Sequence record: LC788711.1
DNA: 64,000 bases
Source: Escherichia coli phage NG_S8
Reading direction: 5' to 3' (one strand)
Part shown: positions 26,914 to 35,379 of the stretch, one piece after another
Layout of the letters: each line of letters begins with the position of its first letter
Position numbering within the stretch: position 1 is the first letter of the stretch
Position numbers and translations under genes: made by a program
The notes under the pieces: model-generated
Told to the model about the DNA's origin: nothing
What the model saw: the letters and a program-made list of their open reading frames with translations, nothing else
Databases searched by the model: none

Positions 26914-27120
26914 TTAAACTCCTGATTCTTCAGCCAGATCAAGCCCAACCAACGTGATTGCCATAATAGCCGCGCCATGTTCTTTCTCTCCTAGCTCTTT
27001 GGCTTGAGTGAGAATATTGAGGAATTGCTTTTGAAAATCTGCAACTTCTTCTGTCAAGCCTGCTTCAGCAATAATTCCTTTCAGCATAAAGCGTTGTGCC
27101 GTAATTTCAGGATTAGCCAT
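26914..27120 (-). CDS. hypothetical protein (68 aa)
   Basis: ORF track. Confidence 0.4.
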   Translation of the reverse strand: MANPEITAQRFMLKGIIAEAGLTEEVADFQKQFLNILTQAKELGEKEHGAAIMAITLVGLDLAEESGV

Positions 27121-27133
27121 TTATTATCTCCAG

Positions 27134-27256
27134 TTATTTAGAGTGTAAACCAAACTTAGGATCATAGCGATCGTAAGTCGTACCATTAGTTGAAGCCTTG
27201 ATGCTATGAAAACGACAGTACATAAATTTACGCAGTGCTTTCTTAATAGCTTTCAT
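27134..27256 (-). CDS. small basic protein (40 aa), below track threshold
   Basis: ATG with AAGGA RBS 7 nt upstream. Confidence 0.3.
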   Translation of the reverse strand: MKAIKKALRKFMYCRFHSIKASTNGTTYDRYDPKFGLHSK

Positions 27257-27271
27257 TTTATTTCCTTAATT

Positions 27272-27349
27272 TGGTAGGGGTGGTGGGATTCGAACCCACA
27301 AAACCTGAATTTTAAGTCCAGTACCTATGCCAATTCGATTACACCCCCA
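27272..27349 (-). tRNA. tRNA, anticodon read as TAA (Leu), class I-like
   Basis: CCA encoded; T-arm gtggg-attcgaa-cccac; loop CTTAAAA; D-arm unclear. Confidence 0.45.
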
Positions 27350-27356
27350 TGTAATC

Positions 27357-27710
27357 TTAGCGAATCTCTAAACCCTGGAAATATCGAGGGAATGGAGAGC
27401 CAACTTCAAAATTGATGCCCCAATTAAGTTCAACGAGTTCAGATTTATTAAGATCTAGGCCATTACCTTCAAAGATATAGCCGTAAACCGCAGGGAACAT
27501 AGCTGCTAGATCTTCCATATCGGAATGAGCATTGTGTTCTTCACGGAACTGCTCAAACTCTTCAAAGAACTTTTCTAGGAAGAACTCAGGTACGATAAAA
27601 GTTACCACATCAGTAGAATCATCGGTACGATACACCGTAGCTTGGAACAAGCCAACACCTAAAAGGTTTATTGCCGGAGTAGTAAAAATATCCATCTTAG
27701 CCTCTCTCAA
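27357..27710 (-). CDS. hypothetical acidic protein (117 aa)
   Basis: ORF track. Confidence 0.45.
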   Translation of the reverse strand: MREAKMDIFTTPAINLLGVGLFQATVYRTDDSTDVVTFIVPEFFLEKFFEEFEQFREEHNAHSDMEDLAAMFPAVYGYIFEGNGLDLNKSELVELNWGINFEVGSPFPRYFQGLEIR

Positions 27711-27882
27711 TGTCTAGACAAATTGCATATTCAGGGTTGATACCAGTACCTTTACATGTAGGACATTCCCATTCTCTACAGAAAATATCCCCAGGCTCTG
27801 CATCATCCTGCCTACCACCACCATGACAGTCCTTACACCGACATTCTTCTAATGCTTTCTTCATTTCATAGAATCTGGACAT
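27697..27882 (-). CDS. small zinc-finger-like protein (61 aa)
   Basis: CRCKDCHGGG...CPTCKG motifs. Confidence 0.4.
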   Translation of the reverse strand: MSRFYEMKKALEECRCKDCHGGGRQDDAEPGDIFCREWECPTCKGTGINPEYAICLDIERG

Positions 27883-27898
27883 ATAGTCTCCTAGTTAA

Positions 27899-27976
27899 TT
27901 GGTGGCTCCCGGAGGATTCGAACCTACCTACCTTTCGCTTATGAGGCGACGGCTCATACCAAATGAGCTTGAGAAC
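27899..27976 (-). tRNA. tRNA with CAT anticodon (Met/Ile2 type)
   Basis: D-arm GCTC/GAGC; anticodon loop CTCATAA. Confidence 0.6.
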
Positions 27977-27981
27977 CAAAT

Positions 27982-28075
27982 TTGGAGGAAGATGCCAGAC
28001 TCGAACTGGCACACCATGTCTCCACAGCTACTGGCTGTTTAGCAAACAGCTCCCTTACCTTTAGGGTTAATCTTC
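27982..28075 (-). tRNA. tRNA-Ser (GCT), type II
   Basis: perfect acceptor ggaagat/atcttcc; anticodon arm GCTGT-TTGCTAA-ACAGC. Confidence 0.7.
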
Positions 28076-28089
28076 CAAATTTATGAATA

Positions 28090-28118
28090 TATTATACAGA
28101 AAATTTCGGCATTAAGCA
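28090..28118 (-). promoter_or_regulatory. T5-type early promoter driving a tRNA operon
   Basis: attata 28090-28095, aagcaa 28113-28118. Confidence 0.6.
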
Positions 28119-28127
28119 AGTGAAATT

Positions 28128-28424
28128 TTACTGAACATTGCACTGATATACCTGTTTGATACGTGTCACTGACTTCTTAGTTGGGTTGATAGAAGAACCC
28201 TGCCACCAACGTGACTCTGAGCTAAGAACAGCACCAGGAACAGCCTGCTCTTTTGGCAGAACAATATCAAAACACTGTTCACCCATATTATCTTTAATGT
28301 GTGACCAAATATCCAAAGTAAATCGTTCTAACTTATTACAAACCTGAACTTGACAAAGTTCCTGTTGCGGAGCAGCAAATACAGAAGTAGATACTAGAGT
28401 CAATGCAAATACAATGCGTTTCAT
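28128..28424 (-). CDS. secreted hypothetical protein (98 aa; start at signal-peptide Met)
   Basis: GAGAGAGGAA RBS; N-terminus MKRIVFALTLVSTSVFA. Confidence 0.45.
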   Translation of the reverse strand: MKRIVFALTLVSTSVFAAPQQELCQVQVCNKLERFTLDIWSHIKDNMGEQCFDIVLPKEQAVPGAVLSSESRWWQGSSINPTKKSVTRIKQVYQCNVQ

Positions 28425-28454
28425 GTTTGATTCCTCTCTCGAATTTATAAATAT

Positions 28455-28483
28455 ATTATACAGAGAATTTAGCATTCAAGCAA
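28455..28483 (-). promoter_or_regulatory. T5-type early promoter
   Basis: attata 28455-28460, aagcaa 28478-28483. Confidence 0.6.
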
Positions 28484-28626
28484 TTGAATTTTTAAACTTT
28501 TTAGTGGAAAATCGCAGGGCACTTAAGGGTAGCACGTTGTTGCTGCAATAATAGTATATGATTCTAAAGAATTAAATACTAAAGACCTTAGTTGAATAAC
28601 TTATGGGCTTTTCTTTTGCCTTAAAT

Positions 28627-28662
28627 ACAGAAAAGCCCGCGCTCTCGGGGGAAACGCGGGCT
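28627..28662 (-). terminator. intrinsic terminator
   Basis: 8-bp GC stem agcccgcg/cgcgggct with U-tract on minus strand. Confidence 0.6.
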
Positions 28663-28686
28663 TGTTTCGAAGATTACGTGTAACTA

Positions 28687-28854
28687 TTACTTATTACGCA
28701 TATCCATGATCATTTGACCATCGTAGCCAGTACCGACAACAGTCTGTGGTACACCACCTTGGTATTTTTCAGCACGAAGCATTTCAACTTCCAGCTGCTT
28801 CCAACGAATTACTTTTTGATCGGAAGTCAGTTCTTTAGTGTTTTTAGTAAACAT
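28687..28854 (-). CDS. small hypothetical protein (55 aa), below track threshold
   Basis: ATG with AAGGAA RBS. Confidence 0.35.
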   Translation of the reverse strand: MFTKNTKELTSDQKVIRWKQLEVEMLRAEKYQGGVPQTVVGTGYDGQMIMDMRNK

Positions 28855-28865
28855 ATATTTCCTTA

Positions 28866-29066
28866 TTATTTAGAAGAGTTAGCTACTACAGTTACTTTAG
28901 TTGCAGAAATAAACAGGCTAGCATCCACAGCAAATTCAGGAGCTTTGATATCTCCGTTATGAAATATGACTATACCGGAGACTACTTCAAATGCTAGTGC
29001 TGTAACATCGGTGGTATTTACTTGTGAATGTTCACCTACTACTTTTACTATATATCGTGTTTTCAC
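28866..29066 (-). CDS. hypothetical protein (66 aa)
   Basis: ORF track. Confidence 0.4.
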   Translation of the reverse strand: MKTRYIVKVVGEHSQVNTTDVTALAFEVVSGIVIFHNGDIKAPEFAVDASLFISATKVTVVANSSK

Positions 29067-29092
29067 TTTATTTTCCTAGCAGTTAATAAAAT

Positions 29093-29167
29093 TGGCCGAG
29101 GTGACAGGATTCGAACCTGCATAAAGGAATTTAGAAGACTCCTGCCTATCCCTTAGACTACACCCCG
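29093..29167 (-). tRNA. tRNA-Arg (TCT)
   Basis: CCA encoded; anticodon arm GGAGT-CTTCTAA-ATTCC; acceptor pairs with one G-U. Confidence 0.7.
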
Positions 29168-30281
29168 TTTAGGTATTTTTAAGAACTCTTATAAAAGCTC
29201 TTAAAGATACCCGACGATAGGTAGGGTCAGCCCCCTCAGATTAAGCTCTGCAGCCCTTCCGTCAGACAATATCTTCCAGTTTAAGTCAGGGTGACTTTGT
29301 GGTTATGCCCTTCGTATGTGAAAGACTCGGTTAGGCTTAGGTCATGACTCCCAGCCTACTGCTGCTCCTCAACAGGAATTATCGCGTTTACCTGTACTAT
29401 TGTGCACCATTAGTGGCATCTCTCATGCCAGCATTTCCCACTCTCATAGTTACGCGGTCTGTTAGAATCGCACCTCCGATTTTCGATGCGAAGCTGGATG
29501 CCTAGTCTCAGGTTAAACGGGGCACACACTAGGCAGTGATCCCGAGTTCCGAGTTTGGTTGAGGCCGTCAGGTTTCCTCGTGGTTTAGCTGTTTCGCCCT
29601 AAACAATTCCTGCAACATTAAGGATGCAGGGGGATAGGTGGTACTCCAGCAGCGAGTGCTTATCCGGTATAAGCCCGAGTTATCCGATTCTTTCCGACCG
29701 TAGGATTCGAACCTACATCTTCCACCAGTTGCGGCTTGATATTACCGTTTATACTAGGACGGCAGTGTTATCGCATAAGTCAGTTCGACACCCCACATTG
29801 TGACTGGTAAGTCCCCCAATGAAGCCATCAGTCGTTAGACCTCCATCATTCATTAAAAACTTACGCTATTCACTATTCGATGGACAATCGCCGCATTGTG
29901 GTATACATACGTCTTGACTTGCATCCTAGACGGGTCAGCGTTGAAAGTTATATGGATTTCTCAAGCCCAACCTTCAGTCTTCTACCCCTGGGACACGCAC
30001 CGTACTTCACACTATGCCTAGCTCATGTTGAGAACCATCGTTTTGTATAAATTAGAGAAGAGTTTACGAGGTTTCGGGACAGCTCCCGAATTTTACAAGA
30101 CGTCTCGAATCTGACCGCAAAGTCGGCTCATTGGCCGGATATACCGGACTAGGCGTCATAAGTCTCACAGATGATCTTTCTTAACTCACCGACTCTATTC
30201 AGTGGAGTAGCTATCTCGGCATCCGAGAATCACTAAACTCACTCAGCGTAATCGGCTCGCTGTTCTCTAATTTATGAATCT
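29168..30281 (-). ncRNA. candidate large non-coding RNA / long ORF-free transcribed region
   Basis: about 1.1 kb with no ORF of 60 aa or more on either strand; promoter at 30282-30310; several local hairpins; embedded tRNA-like hairpin. Confidence 0.35.
29692..29767 (-). ncRNA. degenerate tRNA-like element (T-arm only)
   Basis: T-arm gtagg-attcgaa-cctac at 29700-29716; no complementary 5-prime acceptor strand. Confidence 0.3.
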
Positions 30282-30310
30282 ATTATACAGAATTTTGAAG
30301 CGTTTAGCAA
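30282..30310 (-). promoter_or_regulatory. T5-type early promoter driving the ORF-free region
   Basis: attata 30282-30287, tagcaa 30305-30310. Confidence 0.6.
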
Positions 30311-30318
30311 ATCAATTT

Positions 30319-30762
30319 TTAATTAAATTCGCCAGCAACCTGAGCAGCGATGCCACCGTCATAACGACCAGGGAATTCTTCCTTAATCGCTTTCATCAGC
30401 ATACCTTTTGTAATCCCAGGGTTCAACTTAACTAATTCTGCAAAGTATTTGCGAATCTCAGAATCAGAAAGCTGAGGAGGCAGATACTGTTGTAACCATT
30501 TGTTCAGTATATATTCATACTGAGCAGACTGCAAGCTATAATTATCAAGGTCTTGACCATGAAGTTTAGCTTTCGTCTGATTAATGCTTTTCAGTTGAGC
30601 TTTTAGATAAGATACAAACTGCTCAGAAGTAATGAAGTCTTTATCAACACGCTGAAGATCTCCGATTATGGTCTGATAGCTTTTAGCTACTTCTTTATCA
30701 GAACCATCAACCTTAGATTCCTGCAAAGCCCTACGCAAAACATCTAGAATATTCTCTTCCAT
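30319..30762 (-). CDS. GatB/YqeY-domain protein (147 aa)
   Basis: C-terminal pattern YLPPQLS...GITKGMLMKAIKEEFPGRYDGG resembles YqeY family. Confidence 0.55.
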   Translation of the reverse strand: MEENILDVLRRALQESKVDGSDKEVAKSYQTIIGDLQRVDKDFITSEQFVSYLKAQLKSINQTKAKLHGQDLDNYSLQSAQYEYILNKWLQQYLPPQLSDSEIRKYFAELVKLNPGITKGMLMKAIKEEFPGRYDGGIAAQVAGEFN

Positions 30763-30932
30763 TATTTAATTCCCAGTGCTTGGTTAAAAGATTGTTCTGT
30801 CATAACTGCCGAGACTTTAGCGAAATCAAACTTCTTAGGGTTTGTAGTAATTTCAGCAACGTTAGTAGTTTTAACTGTTTTCGTAGTACGGATACCACGA
30901 GTATTAACACCAATAATTACAACTGATTTCAT
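30762..30932 (-). CDS. small hypothetical protein (56 aa), below track threshold
   Basis: GAGAGGAAG RBS; stop overlaps downstream ATG (TAATG). Confidence 0.4.
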   Translation of the reverse strand: MKSVVIIGVNTRGIRTTKTVKTTNVAEITTNPKKFDFAKVSAVMTEQSFNQALGIK

Positions 30933-30963
30933 ATTTCGCTTCCTCTCATTAATTTATGAAAGT

Positions 30964-30992
30964 ATTATACAGAAATTTAAGGCTTTAAGCAA
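30964..30992 (-). promoter_or_regulatory. T5-type early promoter
   Basis: attata 30964-30969, aagcaa 30987-30992. Confidence 0.6.
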
Positions 30993-31000
30993 TCGAATTT

Positions 31001-31468
31001 TTAAGTTTTCTTAACCACAGGCTTGTAGAACGTATGGCCTTGAATCTTCGTTGTTTTCTTAAACTTCTTTGTCCAGTACGGTTTATCTTTACCACTATGG
31101 AAGTATAACGCTCCATGTGTTGGATCTTGTGGTAAATCAACGTAGTATATCACTCTAGCTAAATTCTTAGCAACTTGCCAAGCCTCATCGGTTTTATCAA
31201 CTTTTGGTCTCTTGGCCACCCAAGAGAACTGGTTAGACTGATATACTACTTTACAGTAAGAATCAGGAAAAGTACCAGAGTTAACACGGTTTTTAGTAAC
31301 CTGTGCAACTGCGATCATTCCTTTAGTGCCCTCACCTCGTGCTTCGAAGTAGATATTTTTTGCAATGCAATCAATCTGCTTTGAGTCGTAGGTCGCATGA
31401 CTATTGAAGCTATAGGTTAGGGCAGCTATTAAAAGCAAAGCTGCCTTCATTTTATTTACTCCGGCCAA
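31001..31468 (-). CDS. SleB-like cell wall hydrolase with signal peptide (155 aa)
   Basis: motif NIYFEARGE...AVAQVTKNR. Confidence 0.55.
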   Translation of the reverse strand: MAGVNKMKAALLLIAALTYSFNSHATYDSKQIDCIAKNIYFEARGEGTKGMIAVAQVTKNRVNSGTFPDSYCKVVYQSNQFSWVAKRPKVDKTDEAWQVAKNLARVIYYVDLPQDPTHGALYFHSGKDKPYWTKKFKKTTKIQGHTFYKPVVKKT

Positions 31469-31773
31469 TCGTACTCAATACGATTAGGGCTTTCTTGATA
31501 CCCTTCGTCTAAGAGATCATTACGCATGGTCTCTTTAGCTACTGGGTTCGAGGTTACTAGTACCACTTTCTTGGGTCTCTGACCAAATTCTAGGAGTAAA
31601 CGAAGAATTTGATAACCTTCCATACCATCTACAGCCAGATCGTTATCCATATAAACGAAATGACCTGTGGTATCGGTTTTATTCAGAAACTCAACAGCGG
31701 CTTCGGGGGTTCGAATGATAATGTCCATTCCATGAAGGTTACGCACATCATCAATCAGAATATGAAAAATCAT
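31456..31773 (-). CDS. stand-alone receiver-domain-like protein (105 aa), tentative
   Basis: ILIDDV...YMDNDLAVDGMEGYQILRLL resembles a CheY-like acidic pocket. Confidence 0.35.
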   Translation of the reverse strand: MIFHILIDDVRNLHGMDIIIRTPEAAVEFLNKTDTTGHFVYMDNDLAVDGMEGYQILRLLLEFGQRPKKVVLVTSNPVAKETMRNDLLDEGYQESPNRIEYDWPE

Positions 31774-31803
31774 AATAGCCTCGTCTCATCAATTTAAAAA
31801 TAT

Positions 31804-31832
31804 ATTATACAGAAAACTAAACTAATTAGCAA
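31804..31832 (-). promoter_or_regulatory. T5-type early promoter
   Basis: attata 31804-31809, tagcaa 31827-31832. Confidence 0.6.
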
Positions 31833-32216
31833 ATACATTTTTAAATTGAGAGACTAGTAAACCGATAAACAGCCTAGAGGCGCCACAGGCCATATCTTAT
31901 GAGCCATGTACCTTTGATCTAGGGTTTGAATCATCAACGAATACTTTGCATCTTTTAGCTTTAGAAGGTTAGAAGTTTGAGTGCTTTTAACTTTTCAGCT
32001 TTCATACTTGAGCGTTGATCTTTGAAGTTGTGTTGGTACTACCAACGACCTTTTGTTTTTACGTGTCAGATTAAATGTCTGATGTAATAAACATAATCTC
32101 CAATAGATTATACTTTATAGTATGGTCAGCGGTCTTATTTAACCTCGTATTTCAACCGCTGCTGCGAGGTAAGATGCTTGGGCTTTCGTCTACCGATTTA
32201 CTAGTCTTTTAAATTA

Positions 32217-32855
32217 TTACTCTACTTCGATAAAAGTAGAGGCGTTGGACTCAGACAGAACAAAGTCAACGTTGGTTGCAAAGTCCTGGTACTCTTCGTC
32301 GTGTTGCTTGATCAGCTTTTCCAGCTCCAGCGGATCGATCAGGAACGGAGTGTTCTTGAGTTCCAGCAGGTTAAGCTGCATCTTAACTTCATCCTCGGAA
32401 GTCTTCTTGTCACGGGTAGCCATGGTATCCTGCAAACGCTCATACTTGGCATCAAACTGAGCCTTTTGAGTGTTAAACTTAACAGTAGCAGCATGGAACT
32501 GCTTACGCATGTTAGCCAGCAACTGAGCTTTGAGTTCCATAGAACGCTTAGCTTCGATTGCTTCCGCAACAGTCATAGAGCGGGAACCGATCTCTACAAC
32601 AGTTTCAGCATTGCTCTTGATCAGCGCTGCTTTCAGATGATCACGCTGGGTCATCATATCCAGCAGAGACTGGAAATCAGTTTTAATACGAGTAGACAGA
32701 GCATCTACTTCGATTGCAGCACCAACGACAACTTGATTCTTGTCTTTACCTTCACCAACAGCAATCAAAAGCTGTTGTTCAGTAGCTTTACGGATTTTAG
32801 CTTCCAGAGACTTGATAGTTGCCAGAGCACGAGTTTTAGAGATACGAGTAGTCAT
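32217..32855 (-). CDS. hypothetical coiled-coil protein (212 aa)
   Basis: ORF track. Confidence 0.5.
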   Translation of the reverse strand: MTTRISKTRALATIKSLEAKIRKATEQQLLIAVGEGKDKNQVVVGAAIEVDALSTRIKTDFQSLLDMMTQRDHLKAALIKSNAETVVEIGSRSMTVAEAIEAKRSMELKAQLLANMRKQFHAATVKFNTQKAQFDAKYERLQDTMATRDKKTSEDEVKMQLNLLELKNTPFLIDPLELEKLIKQHDEEYQDFATNVDFVLSESNASTFIEVE

Positions 32856-32909
32856 TATTTGCTTCCTTATATGAAGTTTGAGATTTGAATTTGTTTTAAA
32901 AACGGTCTA

Positions 32910-33092
32910 TTACAGACCGATTGCGAGCAGAGTGCGCAGAACAGTATCAGAACTGTTATCAATATTCGGATTGGCGCGATTCAGTACGTTAAAGATTTTC
33001 TGGATGCCGGACTGACGTTCAGCCATACGACGCAGACCCAGGTTACGTTTTGCTACTTTACCATTTTTACGGACGTTTTTAGATACTGGCAT
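32910..33092 (-). CDS. small basic protein (60 aa)
   Basis: ORF track; promoter upstream. Confidence 0.4.
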   Translation of the reverse strand: MPVSKNVRKNGKVAKRNLGLRRMAERQSGIQKIFNVLNRANPNIDNSSDTVLRTLLAIGL

Positions 33093-33132
33093 AATTGTTT
33101 TCCTTTTGTTGTTCTCTCAAATTTATGAATAT

Positions 33133-33161
33133 ATTATACAGAATTTTGGAGCTGAAAGCAA
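33133..33161 (-). promoter_or_regulatory. T5-type early promoter
   Basis: attata 33133-33138, aagcaa 33156-33161. Confidence 0.6.
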
Positions 33162-33162
33162 A

Positions 33163-33864
33163 TCAAATTTTGATTTTTTCGATCATGATGGCTACACAAT
33201 AACTTTCAACTAAAGCATCGAATGCGGGATCATGTTTCACTGGATAGATTCCATAACGAATGGTATCCATCTTTTCCATTTTAGCTTTTGCCCAGCTAGC
33301 ACCTTCGGCTTCTAGATCTTTATAACTATAACCAGCTTGCATCCACTGATTACGGAAAGATCGAACGTTACCTAAGTTCCAGAATTTCCATGGAACTATT
33401 TCTTCATGGGTTCCGGCATGGAATGTATTTGCAGAGTAGATAGTCATATCAAACTCTGGGCCATTGCCGTAGTACAGAGCATTATCTCCTAGAGACAATT
33501 CCATAATGTTCTGAGCCATAGAGAAGGCAGCATAATTAGAGCCTACGTCATTAGTGCAGTGATGCTTACCATCACGGAAGGCAATCAGTTTAGGATTACG
33601 ACCATTTAGAGCCTCCATAATATGGAGCGCAGATGGACTGTTTTTAGCTTGATCCATCCAGAATGCAATAGTAGAGGCAGTTACCTTAGCACCCGCATTA
33701 AGCTGATCTTGAACGTCTAGAGTAACGAATACCAGATCAGGATCTTTATCAATTCCGTGCATCGCTACAAAAGAGAAAGAAGGCATTGCAATATGAGTAG
33801 TACCGCAATTTCCTGGAGTACCTAGAGATTCAATGTCCAGCATACCAAAGGGCTTGAATTTCAT
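33163..33864 (-). CDS. DEDDh-type 3-prime-5-prime exonuclease-like protein (233 aa)
   Basis: LDIESLG (Exo I-like) and HDPAFDALV (Exo III-like) motifs. Confidence 0.5.
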   Translation of the reverse strand: MKFKPFGMLDIESLGTPGNCGTTHIAMPSFSFVAMHGIDKDPDLVFVTLDVQDQLNAGAKVTASTIAFWMDQAKNSPSALHIMEALNGRNPKLIAFRDGKHHCTNDVGSNYAAFSMAQNIMELSLGDNALYYGNGPEFDMTIYSANTFHAGTHEEIVPWKFWNLGNVRSFRNQWMQAGYSYKDLEAEGASWAKAKMEKMDTIRYGIYPVKHDPAFDALVESYCVAIMIEKIKI

Positions 33865-33894
33865 AATTATGTCCTTTATTGTTGTAGAAAACTA

Positions 33895-34107
33895 TTAAAG
33901 AGCTGTCTCTTTAATAGACTCCCACTGTTTGGGGTCTTTCAGAGGAAGTTCCTCTTCTTCAAACAGGTCTGTTCCATTTTCGTTAACATCCCAGTTTTCT
34001 TCCATGATCTCTTCTAGAAGCTCATGTTTAGAAAGACGAGTGTAGTCTCTAGCAGATTTATGAGTGCTAGCACGGTTAAAATCATTCTTTGCAACGAAGT
34101 TACGCAT
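33895..34107 (-). CDS. hypothetical protein (70 aa)
   Basis: ORF track. Confidence 0.4.
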   Translation of the reverse strand: MRNFVAKNDFNRASTHKSARDYTRLSKHELLEEIMEENWDVNENGTDLFEEEELPLKDPKQWESIKETAL

Positions 34108-34114
34108 AGTTTCT

Positions 34115-34140
34115 CCAAATAAGAGGGGCTTTCGCCCCCT
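34115..34140 (-). terminator. possible intrinsic terminator (ggggc-tttc-gcccc)
   Basis: GC hairpin; same hairpin recurs at 34402-34419. Confidence 0.4.
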
Positions 34141-34148
34141 GATTTAAA

Positions 34149-34364
34149 TTACTTGCCCAGCAGTTTAAGGATATTTTCCTTAATAGTTTGAGCAGATTTT
34201 TCACTCTTATTGGTTTCAGCCAGTTTCAGAGCGAGTTCTTCTTGCTGTTTCTGAATATCAGCAGCAGTTTTCTGGTCAGCTTCAATACGAGCTTGAAGTT
34301 CATCAGTAATAGTGGTAAAGGAAGCAACGATTTCAGTAACGGAACGTGGTTTCTTAGAGAACAT
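34149..34364 (-). CDS. hypothetical coiled-coil protein (71 aa)
   Basis: ORF track. Confidence 0.4.
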   Translation of the reverse strand: MFSKKPRSVTEIVASFTTITDELQARIEADQKTAADIQKQQEELALKLAETNKSEKSAQTIKENILKLLGK

Positions 34365-34425
34365 AAAAATATCCTTAATTAGTCAGAGAAAGAGTTAATA
34401 TATGGGGCTTTCGCCCCATCAATCA

Positions 34426-34941
34426 TTACTTCGCTTTACGCTTACGAGCAGGTTTAGCGGATTTACGATCAGAAGCACCAGTAAACTTAATACCGATACC
34501 ATAGCACAGAGCGCGAACGTTGTCACGGCTGTACTCTACACCGAAGATATTCGGTTTAACGGAGCCAAACTGTCCACGCGATTCACGCATTACGTCAGCC
34601 ATTGGCTTACGCTTCTGATTGACTGCTTTTTCGTAGTCTTTCAGAGCCATACCGTTGCGGGCGAACATCTCAGCACCGCCGTTAAAGCTCAGAGTTACCG
34701 GTACAGACTTATGACCTTCACCCTTGATGAACACAACCTGCTTAGCAGTTGCGCGAGTAGAGTTCTTGGCCTTCGGCTTCTGGCGAACCGGAGCCGGAGA
34801 CTTCAGGGCAGTCTGAGCCTGAGCATCAGTAGGATGCTTACGCAGATGACGTTCCAGACGAGCCTTACGATTGGCTTCGGTCTGAGTGAAAGTTTTAACT
34901 GCCGGAGCTGCCTGAGTTTTTGCGTTTTTCTGCTTAGCCAT
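34426..34941 (-). CDS. highly basic protein, possible DNA/RNA-binding (171 aa)
   Basis: Lys/Arg-rich N- and C-termini. Confidence 0.5.
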   Translation of the reverse strand: MAKQKNAKTQAAPAVKTFTQTEANRKARLERHLRKHPTDAQAQTALKSPAPVRQKPKAKNSTRATAKQVVFIKGEGHKSVPVTLSFNGGAEMFARNGMALKDYEKAVNQKRKPMADVMRESRGQFGSVKPNIFGVEYSRDNVRALCYGIGIKFTGASDRKSAKPARKRKAK

Positions 34942-34979
34942 TATTTGTTTTCCTTTTTGTTGATCAATTTATGAGATAT

Positions 34980-35008
34980 ATTATACGAAATTTTGAAGCG
35001 TTTAGCAA
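34980..35008 (-). promoter_or_regulatory. T5-type early promoter
   Basis: attata 34980-34985, tagcaa 35003-35008. Confidence 0.6.
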
Positions 35009-35024
35009 ATGAATTTTTTAAAAA

Positions 35025-35303
35025 TTATCTGCCGATCATCTTAGCTTGTTCCTCACTGGAAACGTACTGATAACCACCCTTGTTATATGCAGGAGCAGTA
35101 CACAGTTTCTTGCGCTCAATTTCTTCTTGAGCTTTGCGTTCCCTTTCGGCTAATTCTTCATCTAGGTAAACTAGACGTTGCTCCGGAGGTGGTGGAAGCC
35201 TAGTTTCTGGCTCACCAATATTTGCCTTTCTGATCTGACGCGGAGATTGTGCGCGTTTTCTCAAAGGTTTAAATCCTAATGAATTTGAGTTGTAAATTCG
35301 CAT
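35025..35303 (-). CDS. hypothetical protein (92 aa)
   Basis: ORF track. Confidence 0.45.
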   Translation of the reverse strand: MRIYNSNSLGFKPLRKRAQSPRQIRKANIGEPETRLPPPPEQRLVYLDEELAERERKAQEEIERKKLCTAPAYNKGGYQYVSSEEQAKMIGR

Positions 35304-35330
35304 AAAGCCCTCCTCACTTTCAATACGAAT

Positions 35331-35359
35331 ATTATACTAAATTCGAGGGCTTTAAGCAA
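35331..35359 (-). promoter_or_regulatory. T5-type early promoter
   Basis: attata 35331-35336, aagcaa 35354-35359. Confidence 0.6.
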
Positions 35360-35379
35360 GTGAATTTTTAAATTATTTA

